The position numbers were made by a program, and so were the translations under genes. Below are positions 13,131 to 25,949 of a stretch of DNA of 64,000 nucleotides, in pieces. The first letter of the stretch is position 1; the number at the start of each line of letters is the position of its first letter. The notes under the pieces are model-generated. The model was not told where the DNA came from, made no database searches, and saw only the letters and a program-made list of their open reading frames with translations. The stretch comes from Isurus oxyrinchus (Eukaryota), in the NCBI GenBank assembly GCA_026770705.1, contig JANJGN010000042.1, positions 4,092,001 through 4,156,000 on the forward strand, read 5' to 3'.

Positions 13131-14189
13131 TCATTCATGTGAATGGCGCTGTGCTTCACGAAGAGTTTCATGGTATCTTTGTAATGTTTCCCTGTCCTTC
13201 CCTGGAACGTTGGCCACTTAAGTGATGGAAAATTTGGAGCATGTGGTGTGGGGTCGATTTCCTCGGGGCATGAGCATAAATTTAAAATAAATATAGTTTA
13301 TTGCAGTGTTAATGGAGAGCTGCGCTTATTGAAGTTCGGCCAATCGGGTGGCATCTAAAACTTAAGCCATTTTCACGATCCCAGGTGCATGCAAGAAACA
13401 TCATGTGGAGCAATTTGGCTTGGAGGCGCTTTATATGAATTAAAAATATCCCTATTTTTGCCCATAGCTTCGGTCACATTGAGCAAAACGGTGTTGCTGT
13501 GGACTGTGCGTTGACCCAAGTAATTTATTAATACTGAAACATACACAGAAGTATCGGAGTGCATGTGCTTAAAAGTACAAAGATTGGTCAAAGGGGAATA
13601 TGATATTCTAACGATAATAGAAATCTGCCACAATATGTGGGGTGATTGAAAGTTTCATATTCCTGTTTGCAATGCATTTTTGAATCATTCTTTTTAACTC
13701 TTTGCAAAGTAAACGTCTCTCATCTTCCCACTGTTCTGCGTCCGATGGAACATCCCAGGTAGCGTGGCAGCTCAAGTGCGATTTATCAGCTCCCAGCAGT
13801 TGGGTTATGTGTTTGATATGAGGAAGACATTCTTACTAGGACTGCAATATTGTCTCCACTCAATACTGATACCACCTTTTCTATTTATCCCTGCAATATG
13901 GCCCTAGGTGGCAAGGTCAATCTTTATTGCGAATTGCTAATTTTCTTTAGAATTTCGTGGTGAGCTGCCTTCTTGGGCCCCTTCAGTCCATGTGCGCTAT
14001 CTTCATCCATAATACTGCAAGGCAGGAAGTTTCACAGTTTGACCAAGTGATGAAAAATATTTTCAAGTTTCGAGCGTTAGTGAGATGCAGCTGCTGGTGT
14101 TTCCATGTGCCTGTTACCTTTGTTTTTCAACACAGTAAAACCCGGACTTTGGAAGGTGCAGTTACAGAATACTGATAACTTGATTTTTT

Positions 14190-14470
14190 TACCCCATGGG
14201 ATGTGGGCATCGATCAGAAGGCCATATTTGTTATCAATTTGAGTGCAGTTAAGAGGCAGACATTTTACTGTGGGTCTGCAGCCACATGTAGGCCAGATCG
14301 GGTAAGGACGGCACATTGTCTTCCCTAAAGGACATTCGTGAAGCAGATGGGTGTTTGTAACAATCGATGACCGTTTTTTGTGGGCACAGTTACCGAGACA
14401 AGCTTGATAATCTAGTCGCATTAAATGAATTAGCTGCCATGTTATGATTTAAAACAATGTCACAATGGTA
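14190..14470 (-). mobile_element. SINE / LINE-tail repeat
   Basis: Shares ggccaga..ggtaagg.cg.ca.att.cttccct.aagga with copies at 25950-26300, 53110-53470 and (opposite orientation) 61550-61900. Confidence 0.55.
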
Positions 14471-14639
14471 TGTGCCTCGGCCTCAGGATCACCCTATCAC
14501 GCTGCCCCGAATGTTGACGTAGGGGGTTCGACTATCGCAATTACATTAAATTCCAAGGGGAAGTTGTTTGACGTCCTCATCCTTGAATTGGTAACATTCT
14601 GCTGTATCCTTACTGAATACATTCTGCACACCTGGATCC

Positions 14640-15060
14640 CTTGTTACAGGTTAGAATCAAAAAATACTGTTCATTGTCACGATAAACATATAATACTGCT
14701 GAAAAAGACCAGTCCAGAATAGTAGATATTGCTCACAACTGGACCTGCACACACTGAATGTAACCGTACTGAAGAAGCAATGTGCACACTAAACCTAACT
14801 ACGATGATTTTAAAGAGATCTCATTGCTTGCAATACTGATGATTTGGGATTTTTAACATTGAATCGAATGAGGTTGAACTGGAGTAGCCCACGCCAGAAG
14901 TAACAGTGTATAACTGAACCAGTCCCCTTTGAACACCGGTGTCAAGAAATGAGATGTGGACGTTGAGAATTACTGTGCAGACCTGAGTCATTTCACACTC
15001 ATTATGGACCAGCAGGCCCCATCTCTGTGGAAAACAATCATACATAAATTGAACTTTTCA
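14640..15060 (-). repeat. Degenerate ~35 bp minisatellite, left part (reverse complement of 5360-6060)
   Basis: 14739-14772 ctggacctgcacacactgaatgtaaccgtactga is the reverse complement of the unit. Confidence 0.5.
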
Positions 15061-17650
15061 CACTTGAAGGAAACCATGCCGATGAAATCAGTGCGAGAGT
15101 GAGAGAGGGATATTGGCTTAGAAAATCTAGATGTAGATTCAACCTGGGTGGAGCTAAGAAGCAACAATGAGTGGAAAAGATCACTTATCTGTAGACCTCC
15201 AGACAGCAGTGCCGACATAGGGGTCGGCATAAAATAGGAACTTGGACTTGCATGTAACAAGGGTGCTCCAGAAATCATGGATGACTTTTAACTACATATA
15301 GAGTGTGCAAACCAAATTAGCAATTACAATGGCGAATGGATTCCTGTAGTGTGTACGAAATGTTTTTTTTTTCAGACTCGTATGTTGAGGAACGGACTGG
15401 GGATCAGGCTATCCTAGATTTGGTATAGTGAAATGAGAAGCACTTAAATCATAATCTTGTTGTGTTGGGTCCTTCGGGGAACAGTGACCAACATGATAGA
15501 ATTCTTCATTGGAATGGAAAGTGAAGTAGTCTGGTCTGAAACGAGGGTGCTAAATCTAACAAAGGAATTGACAAAGGTAGGAGATTTGAGTTGGCTAAGA
15601 TTGATTGGAGTACTTTATTAAAAGGAAAGATGGTACGTAGACAACGTCCAATGATTAACGAAAGTGTGCATACATTTCAAAAGTTATACTTTATTTTCTT
15701 GCCCAAAAGAACAAGACAGGAAAAACGGCCCCACCATGGGTAACAAAATAAATTAAGGATAGCTTTAGATCTAAAGAGAGTTCATGTGAAGATGTTAGAA
15801 ACATTAGCAAGCCTGAGGATTGGGAACAGTTTAGAACTCAGCAAAGGACGACCAAGAGTTCGAATAAGGGGGGAAAATATTGGATGAGGGTAAACTTGCA
15901 AGTAACATAAAAGCGGTCATTAAAAGCATCTATAAATATATTTATTAAAAAACCTCACAGTCTGAAACGGGAGCATTTATAATAGAACAATTACTTTAGC
16001 TCTGTCTTCACTTAGGGAGATATAAATAACTTCACAGAAATACGAAGGAACCTCGGGTCTATTGAGAAGGAAGAATTCAACGAAATTAATGTTACAAACA
16101 CAGTTGTGCTGGAGAAAGTAATCGGACTGAAAGCCAATCAATCCCCAAGACCTGATAATATACATCTTGGGGTACTAAAGGAGGTGGCCATGTAAATAGT
16201 GAGTGTAGTGGTTGTCATCTTCCAAAATTATGTAGATTCTGCAACAGTACCGGCAGATTGCAGCGTGTTAATTATAACCCCGCTATTTAAAAAAAAAATG
16301 AGTGAGGGAGAAAACAACGAATTACAGACCAGTCAGCCGAACCTCAATAGTAGGGGAAATGCTAGAGTCTATTGTAGAGTATGTGATAACAGGGCACTTG
16401 AAAAATATCAATGGGATGAGACAATGTCAACATGTATCTATCAGGGGAAATCATGTTTAACAAACCTTATGGAGTTTTTAAGGACATAACCTGCAAAAAA
16501 GATAAGGGAGAACCAGTGGCTGTGATGTATTTGGAATATCAGAAAGTCTTTGACAAAGACCCACATAAAAGGTTAGCGTGTAAAATTAAAGACAGGAAAG
16601 AGAGCAGGAATAAGTGGGTCTTCTTTGGCGTGGCAGGCGGTGACGAGTGGACTAGCAGGGATCAGTGTTTTGGCCCGAGCTATTTGCAATATATATAAAT
16701 ATATGTATATATACGATTTGCATGACGCAACAAAAGGCAACATTTCCAATTTTTGATGACACGAAACTTGGTGAGGATGTGAGAGACGAGGCGAGTGTTC
16801 AGACGCTTCAAGGCGACTTACGCAGGTTGAGTGATTGGGAAAATAAGTGTGAACTTATCTACTATGGCAGGAAAAGCAGATTAGCATAATATTATTTAAC
16901 TGGTGATAAATTTGGAAATGTTGATGTGCAAAGGGGCCGAGATGCCCTTGTGCAGCAATCACTGAAAGCAAGCATGCTGGTGCAGCAAGCACTTAAGGAC
17001 GTAAATGGTACGTTGACCTTTATTGCTACAGGATTTGAGAGCAGCAGCAATGATGTCTTACTGCAGCTGTGCATGGTCATTGTGAGATCACACCTGGAGA
17101 AGAGTGTGCAGTTCTGGTCTCCTTACCTAAGAAAGGATATATTTGCCATAGAGGGAGTTCAGCAAAGGTCCACCACGCTGATCTCTGGGCTGGTAGAATT
17201 GTCGTATGAGGAGAGATTGGGCCAGCAAGGCCTTTATTCATTGGAGCTCAGAAGAATGAGAGGCGATCCCACTGAACCATATGAAACTCTGACAGGGATC
17301 TACAGGCTGGTGCAGGGATGATATTTCCTCTGACTCGGGCGTCTAGAACAAGGGGTCACAGACTCAGGATACGGGGTAGACCATTTAGAACTGAAATGAC
17401 GAGAAAGGTCTTCAATCAGAAGGTGGCAAACGTGTGGAATTCTCTAGCACAGAAAGCTGTGGAGGTCAAGTCACTGCATATATTTAAAAAGTAAATAAAT
17501 AGACTTCTAGCCTTCAAATGCATCAAGGGGTATGGGGAGAGTGCAGGACTAAGGCGTTCAGATAGAGGATCAGCCATCATCAAACTGAATGGCAGAGCAA
17601 GCTCGAAGGGCTCGAAGGAGTAATCCTACTCCTATTTTCAATATTTCGGT
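15060..17650 (+). mobile_element. CR1 LINE, 5'-truncated and frameshifted ORF2
   Basis: GKSCLTNLMEF, VMYLEYQKVFDK, FDDTKLG (degenerate YADD region), VRSHLEKSVQFWSPYLRKDIFAIEGVQQR, GLYSLELRRMRGD, and CR1-type 3' tail. Confidence 0.9.
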
Positions 17651-17689
17651 GGATAGTTTCTTTCCGGATACTGAAAGGAAGCATGAGGA

Positions 17690-18240
17690 ATTAACTATCT
17701 GCGCAAGATTTATAACACTGCTTCACATGTGCACATTGAAGATAGCAGTTAAAATGGGGCCTGTCCATATTCAATGCAAGATGACTGAACTGGGCCTTTG
17801 CAGACTTAGTGCAGCCGTGCATAATCTCGCCTGGCGACACGGAAAGCGATTTACGGGAAAAGGACGTGCACACTTACCCTTCCTTATCCGTCATGAATGA
17901 ATGTAACGTGGCAGAAATGGAGCCTCGACACATCACATAACCATACCGAACTGGAACGGTCCGCATTAACTAGAATCGTGCTCAACTGGACCTCCGTTTA
18001 CGGAGTTTAAGCGTACTCTCTATAATTATGCAGAATTAACGCATAAGCGCTTGATTGCATCTGATCAAGTAAAACGTAGCCGTTCACAGCTACACAACTG
18101 TGCACAATCACTACAGCTGGATTTGACATGTCTGCAATGAATTTAACTCATGTGGAATAATCCACAATGCAAGAAGCCGTACAGAAGATTTGAGTACTTT
18201 AAAGCTAAATAAAGGTGATGAGTTGAACATTTCCATACCA
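17690..18240 (-). repeat. Degenerate ~35 bp minisatellite, right part
   Basis: Units such as actgaactgggcc, gaatgtaacgtg, ctcaactggacc continue the array interrupted by the CR1. Confidence 0.45.
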
Positions 18241-18489
18241 AATGCGAACAGAATGAGACAAAAAATGCTGGAAATACGCAATAGACCGTTCAGCATCTGT
18301 GGAGAGAAAACGGTAAAAGGTTCAGATCCATGACTTTACATCGAAGTTGGGGAATAGGGAGCAATGGAAGAGTTCTTGTTTTCACTATAGCGGCGGGAAA
18401 CGGTTGTGGTAAAGGGCAGATGATAAAGAAACATCAATGTAGATTTGTGTTAATGTGGAAGACAGAAGGGCACTTTGTGAGGATGTTCC

Positions 18490-18700
18490 TCCAGAACAAT
18501 GTCAGTGACCTTGAAGAGCTTTCTACTCCGTCAAAACAAAAATAATTTCCTGTCAGCTGCAGCACGACCATCTTTGTTTCAATTAGCGTAATTATTGCAA
18601 AAGATCAAAGCGTCTAATTGTCTCCCTGGAGGCTGGCGTGAGATATATATGTGACTGTCTTTAGTTGTGGTGCAGAACACACTCGCAGCTGGTGACAGAA
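18490..18700 (+). promoter_or_regulatory. Proximal promoter of GPCR gene B
   Basis: TGACCTTG nuclear-receptor-like site, CAGCTG, TAATTA (18589-18594), TAATTG (18615-18620) abutting TCCCTGGAG (18623-18631), TATATAT (18644-18650). Conserved with the gene A promoter. Confidence 0.6.
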
Positions 18701-18770
18701 ATGCACGGATTGCCAAAAGGTCTTATTTTCATCATATACTATCCCGTCCTTGCAGCAATCGGGATTCCAG
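18701..18770 (+). CDS. GPCR gene B, exon 1 (MHGLPKGLIFIIYYPVLAAIGIP)
   Basis: ATG at 18701, 70-nt exon, donor G|gttaag; paralogous to 3284-3215. Confidence 0.88.
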
Positions 18771-20160
18771 GTTAAGTATTTTGGTTTGCTATGCTATTGA
18801 AATCATTGTTTAATCACTTCCCTTTGGTCTGCTTTCATTTTAGTGAATCATTGTTCGTATTTAGGAGCTTTGCTTCTACATGGTACGATATTCTTTCTCC
18901 CATTAAACAGGACAATCTATCAACATTACGGCGACATCGTCCCAATTTATCACGCTAGACAATGTCACTTTTTTCCACTTCAAGGGAAATGCTTAATTTA
19001 ATTCTCCACTTTAGCAACACAATTGTTTTCTTTTACTGACATGATTAGTCGTCATCACATGTCGAGTCGCTCAAGTTTGTCTGTGCCATTTCTTCCCTTG
19101 AACATAGTTTCTCCCCAATGCAAGAATAATAGTTCAGCAGTAACAATGCACTATCTTCCCTGAGCTAGTAACATTTAATCAGTTTAATTGGACACTTTCA
19201 TCAGTTTACCGCCACCGTTCGAGGTTTTAGATGTTCTTTTATTTTATTCTTGGTATTTTTAAAAAGCTTAATGTATAACGCTGTTACCACTGAGGAAAGG
19301 TTTTTCTATTGTTTCAACGGCATTGTCACCGTGGGTGAATTATTACAGAGGAACTGTATCTTTATTATGCACTATCTCATTCTTTTCCCTTTAACCTTTC
19401 GTTGGAATATGAACAGTATTTATCTGATAAATCTGTGCAGAATATTAAATGACTGGCCCAGGGTTTCTTACCTTAGCGGAAACCTGGCACCCTGGGCGGC
19501 GAAGAATTCTCAGGGAGCTGAAGTTGGGCTTTAATCCAGGACGTTTTGACTCTAAAGCTTGACGTCTTTCAATTTAAAAGCAACTGAACCTTAAACTGTG
19601 TGTGGATTTCCACCCTGCTGTGAAGGACAGTTGTGTTCGCTGCACGTCATCATAACTCAGGAGTTCTAGTTACCCTTTATTTCCTTCCAAAGGAGTTTTT
19701 TTTCCCATTATTTCTGTTCTCATTTGCTGGATTATGCCCACAAGAGTAACACTTTGTATTTAATTCCATTCAACGCCATCTACTCAGTTTCTGTCAAATT
19801 CGTAGGTCGATTTAACATTGTGTACCTTTCTTTTTCCAATGTCCTAGCCTGTTCTTCTCTAAACAACAAGCAAGAGGATACTTGATTGTTTTTCATTTAA
19901 CTGAGTAACAATGCAGCAATTTGAATATTCACTATAGGACTGAGCCCGCATTCCTCCTGTAAATCAGCACAGTATTGACAATTTGCTGCATTTTGGAATG
20001 AGTCTTTCTTTCTCCACTGGAGTATATAAGTCATAGGACTGAAATGGGAACATTGCTCTCTTTTCATGACCAATGCTGTATTTGTGAGTTTCTCAACATT
20101 TTCTGTTCTATATTCATTTGTCCCCACCGCAAACTTACTGGTTATATTCCTCTGTCACAG

Positions 20161-21068
20161 CTAATTTGGCAGTAATTGTGATCCTGTCCCGAAGAAGATG
20201 CGGTCTCACTGGATGTATCACATACTACCTGATGTCCATGGCCGTGACGGATCTCCTGATCATGATCCTTGCTGTGATGTTAAACCGGATTGTAGGTACA
20301 TATTTCCCATTTAGTTTCCTCTCCATCACTCCGGCCTTTGCTCTCAGTCTTGTGTTCATATATGGCGTCAGGGATTCTTCTGTCTGGGTGCCAGTTGCTT
20401 TCACCTTTGATCGATTTGTAGCCATTTGTTGTCAGCAGCTGAAAACCAAATATTGCACCAAGAAATCGGCAGCTGTGGTCATAGGAACTGTCTGCGTTGT
20501 GCATTGTGCTAAAAGAATACCCTTGTACTTTGCTTGTGAACCTTCTGTTATCACGGACAATACACCCTAGTACTGCAAACTAAAGCCAATATATTATTCG
20601 TCACCCGGATGGGTGGCATATGACAGCATAAATGCCGTTTTAACCCCTTGTCTCCCATTCGTTCTTATTTTGCTGCTCAATGTTCTGACGGTCAGGCACA
20701 TTGTTGTGGCCAGTCGAGCCCGCAGAAGACTGCGAGCCTACAGCAAGAGCGAGAAACAAAGCGACCCAGAGATGGAGAAGAGGAGAAAGTCCATCGTTTT
20801 ACTCTTTGCCATCTCGGGAAGTTTCATCCTGTTATATTTCCTCGCTCTTATAACTTTCCTCTACGCACGAATTGCCAGCGTTAGTTATTTCGATGGCTCG
20901 AATTTCAATCAATCAAATATAATAATGGAGGAATGTGGACTTATGCTGCAGCTTTTAAGTTCCTGCATCAACCCCTTTATTTATGCAGGTACCCAGAGTA
21001 AATTCAGAGAGGAGTTAAAGAATGGTGTGAAATATCCATTGAGTCTGATTGTTAATTTTTTTAAATGA
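20161..21068 (+). pseudogene. GPCR gene B, exon 2, interrupted by a single nonsense codon
   Basis: Acceptor tctgtcacag|CT AAT TTG. ORFs 20118-20570 and 20613-21068 are in one frame, separated by TAG at 20568-20570 where gene A has Trp (DNIPW vs DNTP*). DRF and SSCINPFIY intact. Confidence 0.88.
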
Positions 21069-21429
21069 TGAAAGCAGTGAAATCCAACATGAATTCTACA
21101 TTATACCCCACCCATTGCTGTTGCTGTACATGTTACATATGGCTTCAACCCGCAGAAACAGAGTTACCTCCTGTCCGAGGTGTGAATTCAGAATTATATA
21201 ACTAACTCTGCATTTTCCCAGTTTGTTTGTATTTTTTGTCCCCTTTCCAGAGCGGGCCTGGTACATTCCCAACTGTCCCTAAGGTCCCGGGGTGTCTCGA
21301 CGTTCATGTAGGAGACAAAGTGTCCGACAAAAATGTATAACTTGGCAACAAAGTTTCACTATTAAATGTAGGAACCTTGCTACCTCCCCTTCCTATGTTT
21401 TGGAACTTGATGGTAGATGGCGCCCTGAA

Positions 21430-21990
21430 ATGGAAACGGACACTGTCCCCACCCATTGATCTATATTGAGCAGTCTCCGCTTCACACTTGAACTCTTTTT
21501 CCCATAAACATAGCAAGAGGGAACTGGAATATTACAGACACAGATAAAGGAAACATTTTGTTCGCCTCTTCCATTTGGCAATGGAGGCGAAATCCGCAGA
21601 GTCATCATACAATATAAGTTACACTGGCAACAATCTCCCCTTTTAAATGATTACAAATCGCAACTGGCCAGAACAAAAAGAAAACAAATTTAATGGAAAC
21701 ATTATCTTCACCATCCACAATGCATTATAAAAGTTTATTGCCATCCTGATACAGAAACAGTAATTAGAATGCAATTGTGGGTTACGCTTCACAATGACCC
21801 CCTATCCCAATCGTGGATTAAATATTACACACTTGCTGTTATTTGGAATTTCCCGTGTCGTGACTTACAACCAACCGAAAGTCTCAGGACTCAGCATTGA
21901 TCTCAGCAGAAAATCCAATCCAAGACATTCATGCTGTGTACATATTATCATTTGTTATGTCTTCCGATGTTAATTGAAACAAACCGATTG
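21430..21990 (-). mobile_element. Possible LTR retrotransposon (Gypsy-like) 3' remnant
   Basis: Minus-strand polypurine tract AAAAGGGGAGA followed by TTG near 21630-21645, and a GVIVKRN fragment resembling Gypsy integrase C-termini. Weak. Confidence 0.3.
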
Positions 21991-22039
21991 CTCTGCACTT
22001 TATAAGGGATTTGTCTAAACGATTAAGTAGCAGAAAAAT

Positions 22040-22430
22040 GCACATGTTGTAGAAGCTTATGCTCTTGCACTTATCAGGACAATTTGCAAGAGTAACGCCG
22101 ATTTCAACTGAACAAAGGACGGGAGAGTCTGTCTCTGGCTCATGGCCTCATGAAATGTCTTGACCAATCAGAGTCAACATACTTGATTTGAATGTAAACA
22201 ACGGTTGACAGTTAACTTCCATTCATCAGGTCATTATCGCATTCTCTATTGCAACGCCACGAGTAATCCATTTTCACTCGCCCATCAATCATCACACTCT
22301 TCTCATGACGTTTTAAGTGTTGTTCCCTTTGATTTTTTTGTTACTCTTGCGAATTGTCCTGATGAGTCCAAGGTGAAAAGTTTCGAAAGCATGTGTCTTT
22401 GATCAGCACTCTCACATTCTGTTCTACCGA
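22040..22430. mobile_element. Non-autonomous Penelope-derived element with ~55 bp inverted termini containing a hammerhead motif
   Basis: 22045-22097 is an approximate reverse complement of 22340-22392; the right arm reads TTGTC CTGATGA GTCCAAGGT GAAA AGTTTC. Confidence 0.65.
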
Positions 22431-22439
22431 ACAACGAGT

Positions 22440-23825
22440 GAGTCCCATGTCAGTGGTCCGGAAACTATTGGAGAAAATTCTGAAGGAAAGAATCTACCTT
22501 AACTTGGAGAGAGAAGGTTTGATAAGAGATATTCAGCATTGATTCTTTAGAGGTAGGTCATGCCTAACAAATTTGACTGAATTTTTGAGGAGGTGACCAG
22601 GTGTGTACATGATGGTAGTGCAGTTGATGTAGTTAATATGGATTTCAGAAAAGCCTTTGACAAGGTCCCATATGGCAGCCTTATAAATAAGGCAAATACA
22701 CATGGGATACAGGGTAATTTGAAAAGGTGGATTATAAATTGGCTTAGTTGTAGGAGACAGAATGTAATGATAGAAGGCTGCTTTGGTGACTGAAAACCCG
22801 AGTCCTGTGGTGTACCACAGAGATCTGTGCTGGGTTGCCTATTATTCATTATTTATATAAATGACATAGATGACTATGTGGGGAGTAGGAATAGTAAGTT
22901 TGCGGATGACACAAAGATTGGCCGGTTGGTTTACAGTGAGGTTGAGAGGCTTGGGCTGGAGGAAGATATCGGCGTGGTGGTCAAATGGGCAGATAAGTGG
23001 CAGATGGAATTTACCACTGAAAAGCAAGAGGTTATACACTTTGGAAGGAGTAATTTGACAAGGAAGTATTCAATGAACGGCATGGCACTAGGAAGATCTG
23101 AGGAACAAAGGGACCTTGGTGCATGTGTCCATAAGTCTCTGAAGGCAGAGGGGCATGATAGTGGGGTGGTGAAAAAGGCATTTGGGACAATTGCCTTTCT
23201 CAATCGAGGCACGATTGCAAAAGTGGAGGGGTCATGTTGGAGTTGTATAGAACTTTGGTGAGACCACAGCTGGAGTGCTCTGTGCAGTTTTGATCGCCAA
23301 ATGATAGGAAGGATGTGATTGTGCTAGAGGCGGTGTAGAGGAAGTACACGTGGATGCAGCCTGGGATGAACCATTTACGTTATAAAGAGTGGTTGGATAG
23401 AGTTGGGTTTTTTCGGCGAATCAGAGAAGACTGAGGAGCGGCCAGTTCAAGGTGTACAAGCTTGTGAGAGGTATTGAAGGGGTGGATAGGGACAGCTGTT
23501 CCCCTTAGTCAAAGGCTCAGTCACGAGGGAACACAAGTTCAAGGTGAGGGGCAGGAGGTTTCGTGGGGATGTGAGGGAAAACCTTTTTTACCCAGGTATT
23601 GGGGACGGTCTGGAATACGCTGCCTGGGACAGTGGTGGAGGCGAGTTGCCTCACATCCTTTATAAAGTGTCTAGATGAATACTTGGCATGTCCTAACATT
23701 CAAGGTTGTGGGCCAAGCGCTGGTCAATGGGATTAATTAGGTAGGTCAGGTGTTTCTCACGTGTCAGTACAGACTCGATGAGCCGAAGGGCCTCTTCTGC
23801 ACTGTGCGATCCTTTGATTCTGTGA
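22440..23825 (+). mobile_element. CR1 LINE 3' part (RT domain), decayed
   Basis: AVDVVNMDFRKAFDKVPYGSL, LLFIIYINDID, SKFADDTKIG, WADKWQMEF, EQRDLGA; 3' tail gattctgtga. Confidence 0.92.
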
Positions 23826-25949
23826 CTACTTATTAAATTTTCCATGAAATGATTGTCATGATTATAAACAGCAGAATCAAATCTCTAAATTCGCTGACCT
23901 ATCAACAATTGAAGCGAATGACTGAGTCTCTTCTCGCCTAAACATCGTTTTAATCATTTTATTATCTGAATGAATGCACTTGAATTTGAAAGAATGGGAC
24001 AACTGGCAATATGCTTCCTCGCCAATGGTGCAGGTGAACGATTTATTACCTGTGGAAACATTTCAATAAATCTCCAGCTGGGGTGGGCAAACGAATCCCA
24101 TTCTATGGTCCAGGTATTGTCAAGCTTTGCTTCCGTAGAGTACGTCCTGCCCAGGTTGGGTAATCCATTGAAATCTATTCCACAGACAGAAGTGTTGCAG
24201 CGTCTCTCCCCGTTGCAAATGCTGCAACTTCAATTTAATTCTATGGAAGTGATTGCAGATCTTTGCATCGTCATTGCATTAGAACACTCTCAGTTGGGTG
24301 CCTGTTTTATTGTGCTTCCAGCAACACTGGCCTTTGAAATTAAATTCCACTGTCTGTATTGGCAAACATTGCTCCTTTTTTTTGTTCTACTTTCTGTTCT
24401 CCATTCGCAGGATCCCCTCTCGCTGTCGCCTGAAAGAATTGCTTTTGGATGGTTTTTAGTTTTGCATTTACCCAACAGCCTTGGAGTTCCTCTCCTGAAC
24501 ATGTTGACTCAGAGGAAAAGCAGGATACATCCAGCTGCTCTAATATTTCCTATACTTCAGTTAGATCATGGGTAATCTATATATAACTTGCATCTACCCA
24601 CTTTAGTTTTATTCTCTTTCAATGGTTTTCCTGAAAGTAGTCATTCTCTCTCATTTTCACATGTTCGATTGACTCCGATTCTCTTTGAATCTTTAGGAGA
24701 AAATGGTCCAGGGGCATGGTAGCATAATAATTATTTTAATGGACTAAAACACGAAATCCATTTTATTGATTCGCGACATAATTTAAGATCCCACAGCAGT
24801 GGCTAAAGTAGTTGAATTAAGTTCTCTAAATGCAACTGAAATTAAGAAGGCAAAGAAAAAGAAAAATGACACATCACGAATAATGACCATGAAAGTATAT
24901 TCTTATCAAGAAGGAAAAAATTGCGTTCTGTTTCATTAATGCATCTTAGTGCAAGGATTGTGCTTTAGTTCCCCTGCTTGGAGAACATGTGGTTCCAGAC
25001 CCATGGAGAAGTATTTAAGTGATAACCATTGTCTGAAATGGTCGAGCAAGCCGCTATGAAACAAAAAAAGAAAAGTAACAGTGTGAGGAACACTCGTGAT
25101 TTTCCCAGATGCTGGAAGCTACAAAGGGAAAGCCAGCCCAATCGATCCTGCAAAGCCCTCCTCATTCACATCTTGGGACATGAGAGCTGACTCTCAAACT
25201 AGCCAATGGAAGGTCTGACATTGTCAGACTCGCCGAATCAAACCATTGAGAAAATGTTCCAAACTCTACCATCACCAGCTCTATTCATGTGCTGTCCCAA
25301 AGGCATAATAACAAAATGTATCATAAAATGTGGCACGCTATTTGGCCACAACAGGATGGAACATTTGTCCTCAAACTCGGTAAGGGCTAAATCACAATTA
25401 AATTTAGACAATGTTCAGATATCTCTTTGAGTTTTGCGAAGAGCAATTAGATCTCCTGGCCTTGAAGAAAAAAGCTTTGTGATCTTGAATACAACTATAT
25501 CATTGCAGTAAAAATAATACATTGTACATTCCATGGCTAGTAATTATAAAAACGTCAATCTTTCAAATTTGCGCCTATAGTTTTGGAGCCAATGTAGTTT
25601 TTAACCGCCAGGCATCAGAAAGGATACGAAGCAAAACACACAAGTTCAGTTATTGACCTGTTGCAGCCATCTTCTTAATTAAGATGATCCATATAGAGAA
25701 GTCGTTTTCAAAATGGACATCATTTCAGCAGTTGAATGTTGCAATTGTGATCCATCTTTGAAAGTAATAATACCAGGCATCCAGTGTAGTTATATTACAC
25801 ATAGACTCCCATGTGGAAGTGTTTTCATAATTATATGCCAATTTGAATTTTGTCTAGTTAGCAAATGTCATGTGAATTTTGATTGCTTCCTATACTAGGC
25901 TGTGCTATTAAAATCAGGGATTTGAATTGTTTATTTATTCTTGATGCTT

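Noticed and set aside
23970-24575. 201-aa plus-strand ORF
   Set aside because: No recognisable domain; likely the antisense shadow of a decayed retroelement.
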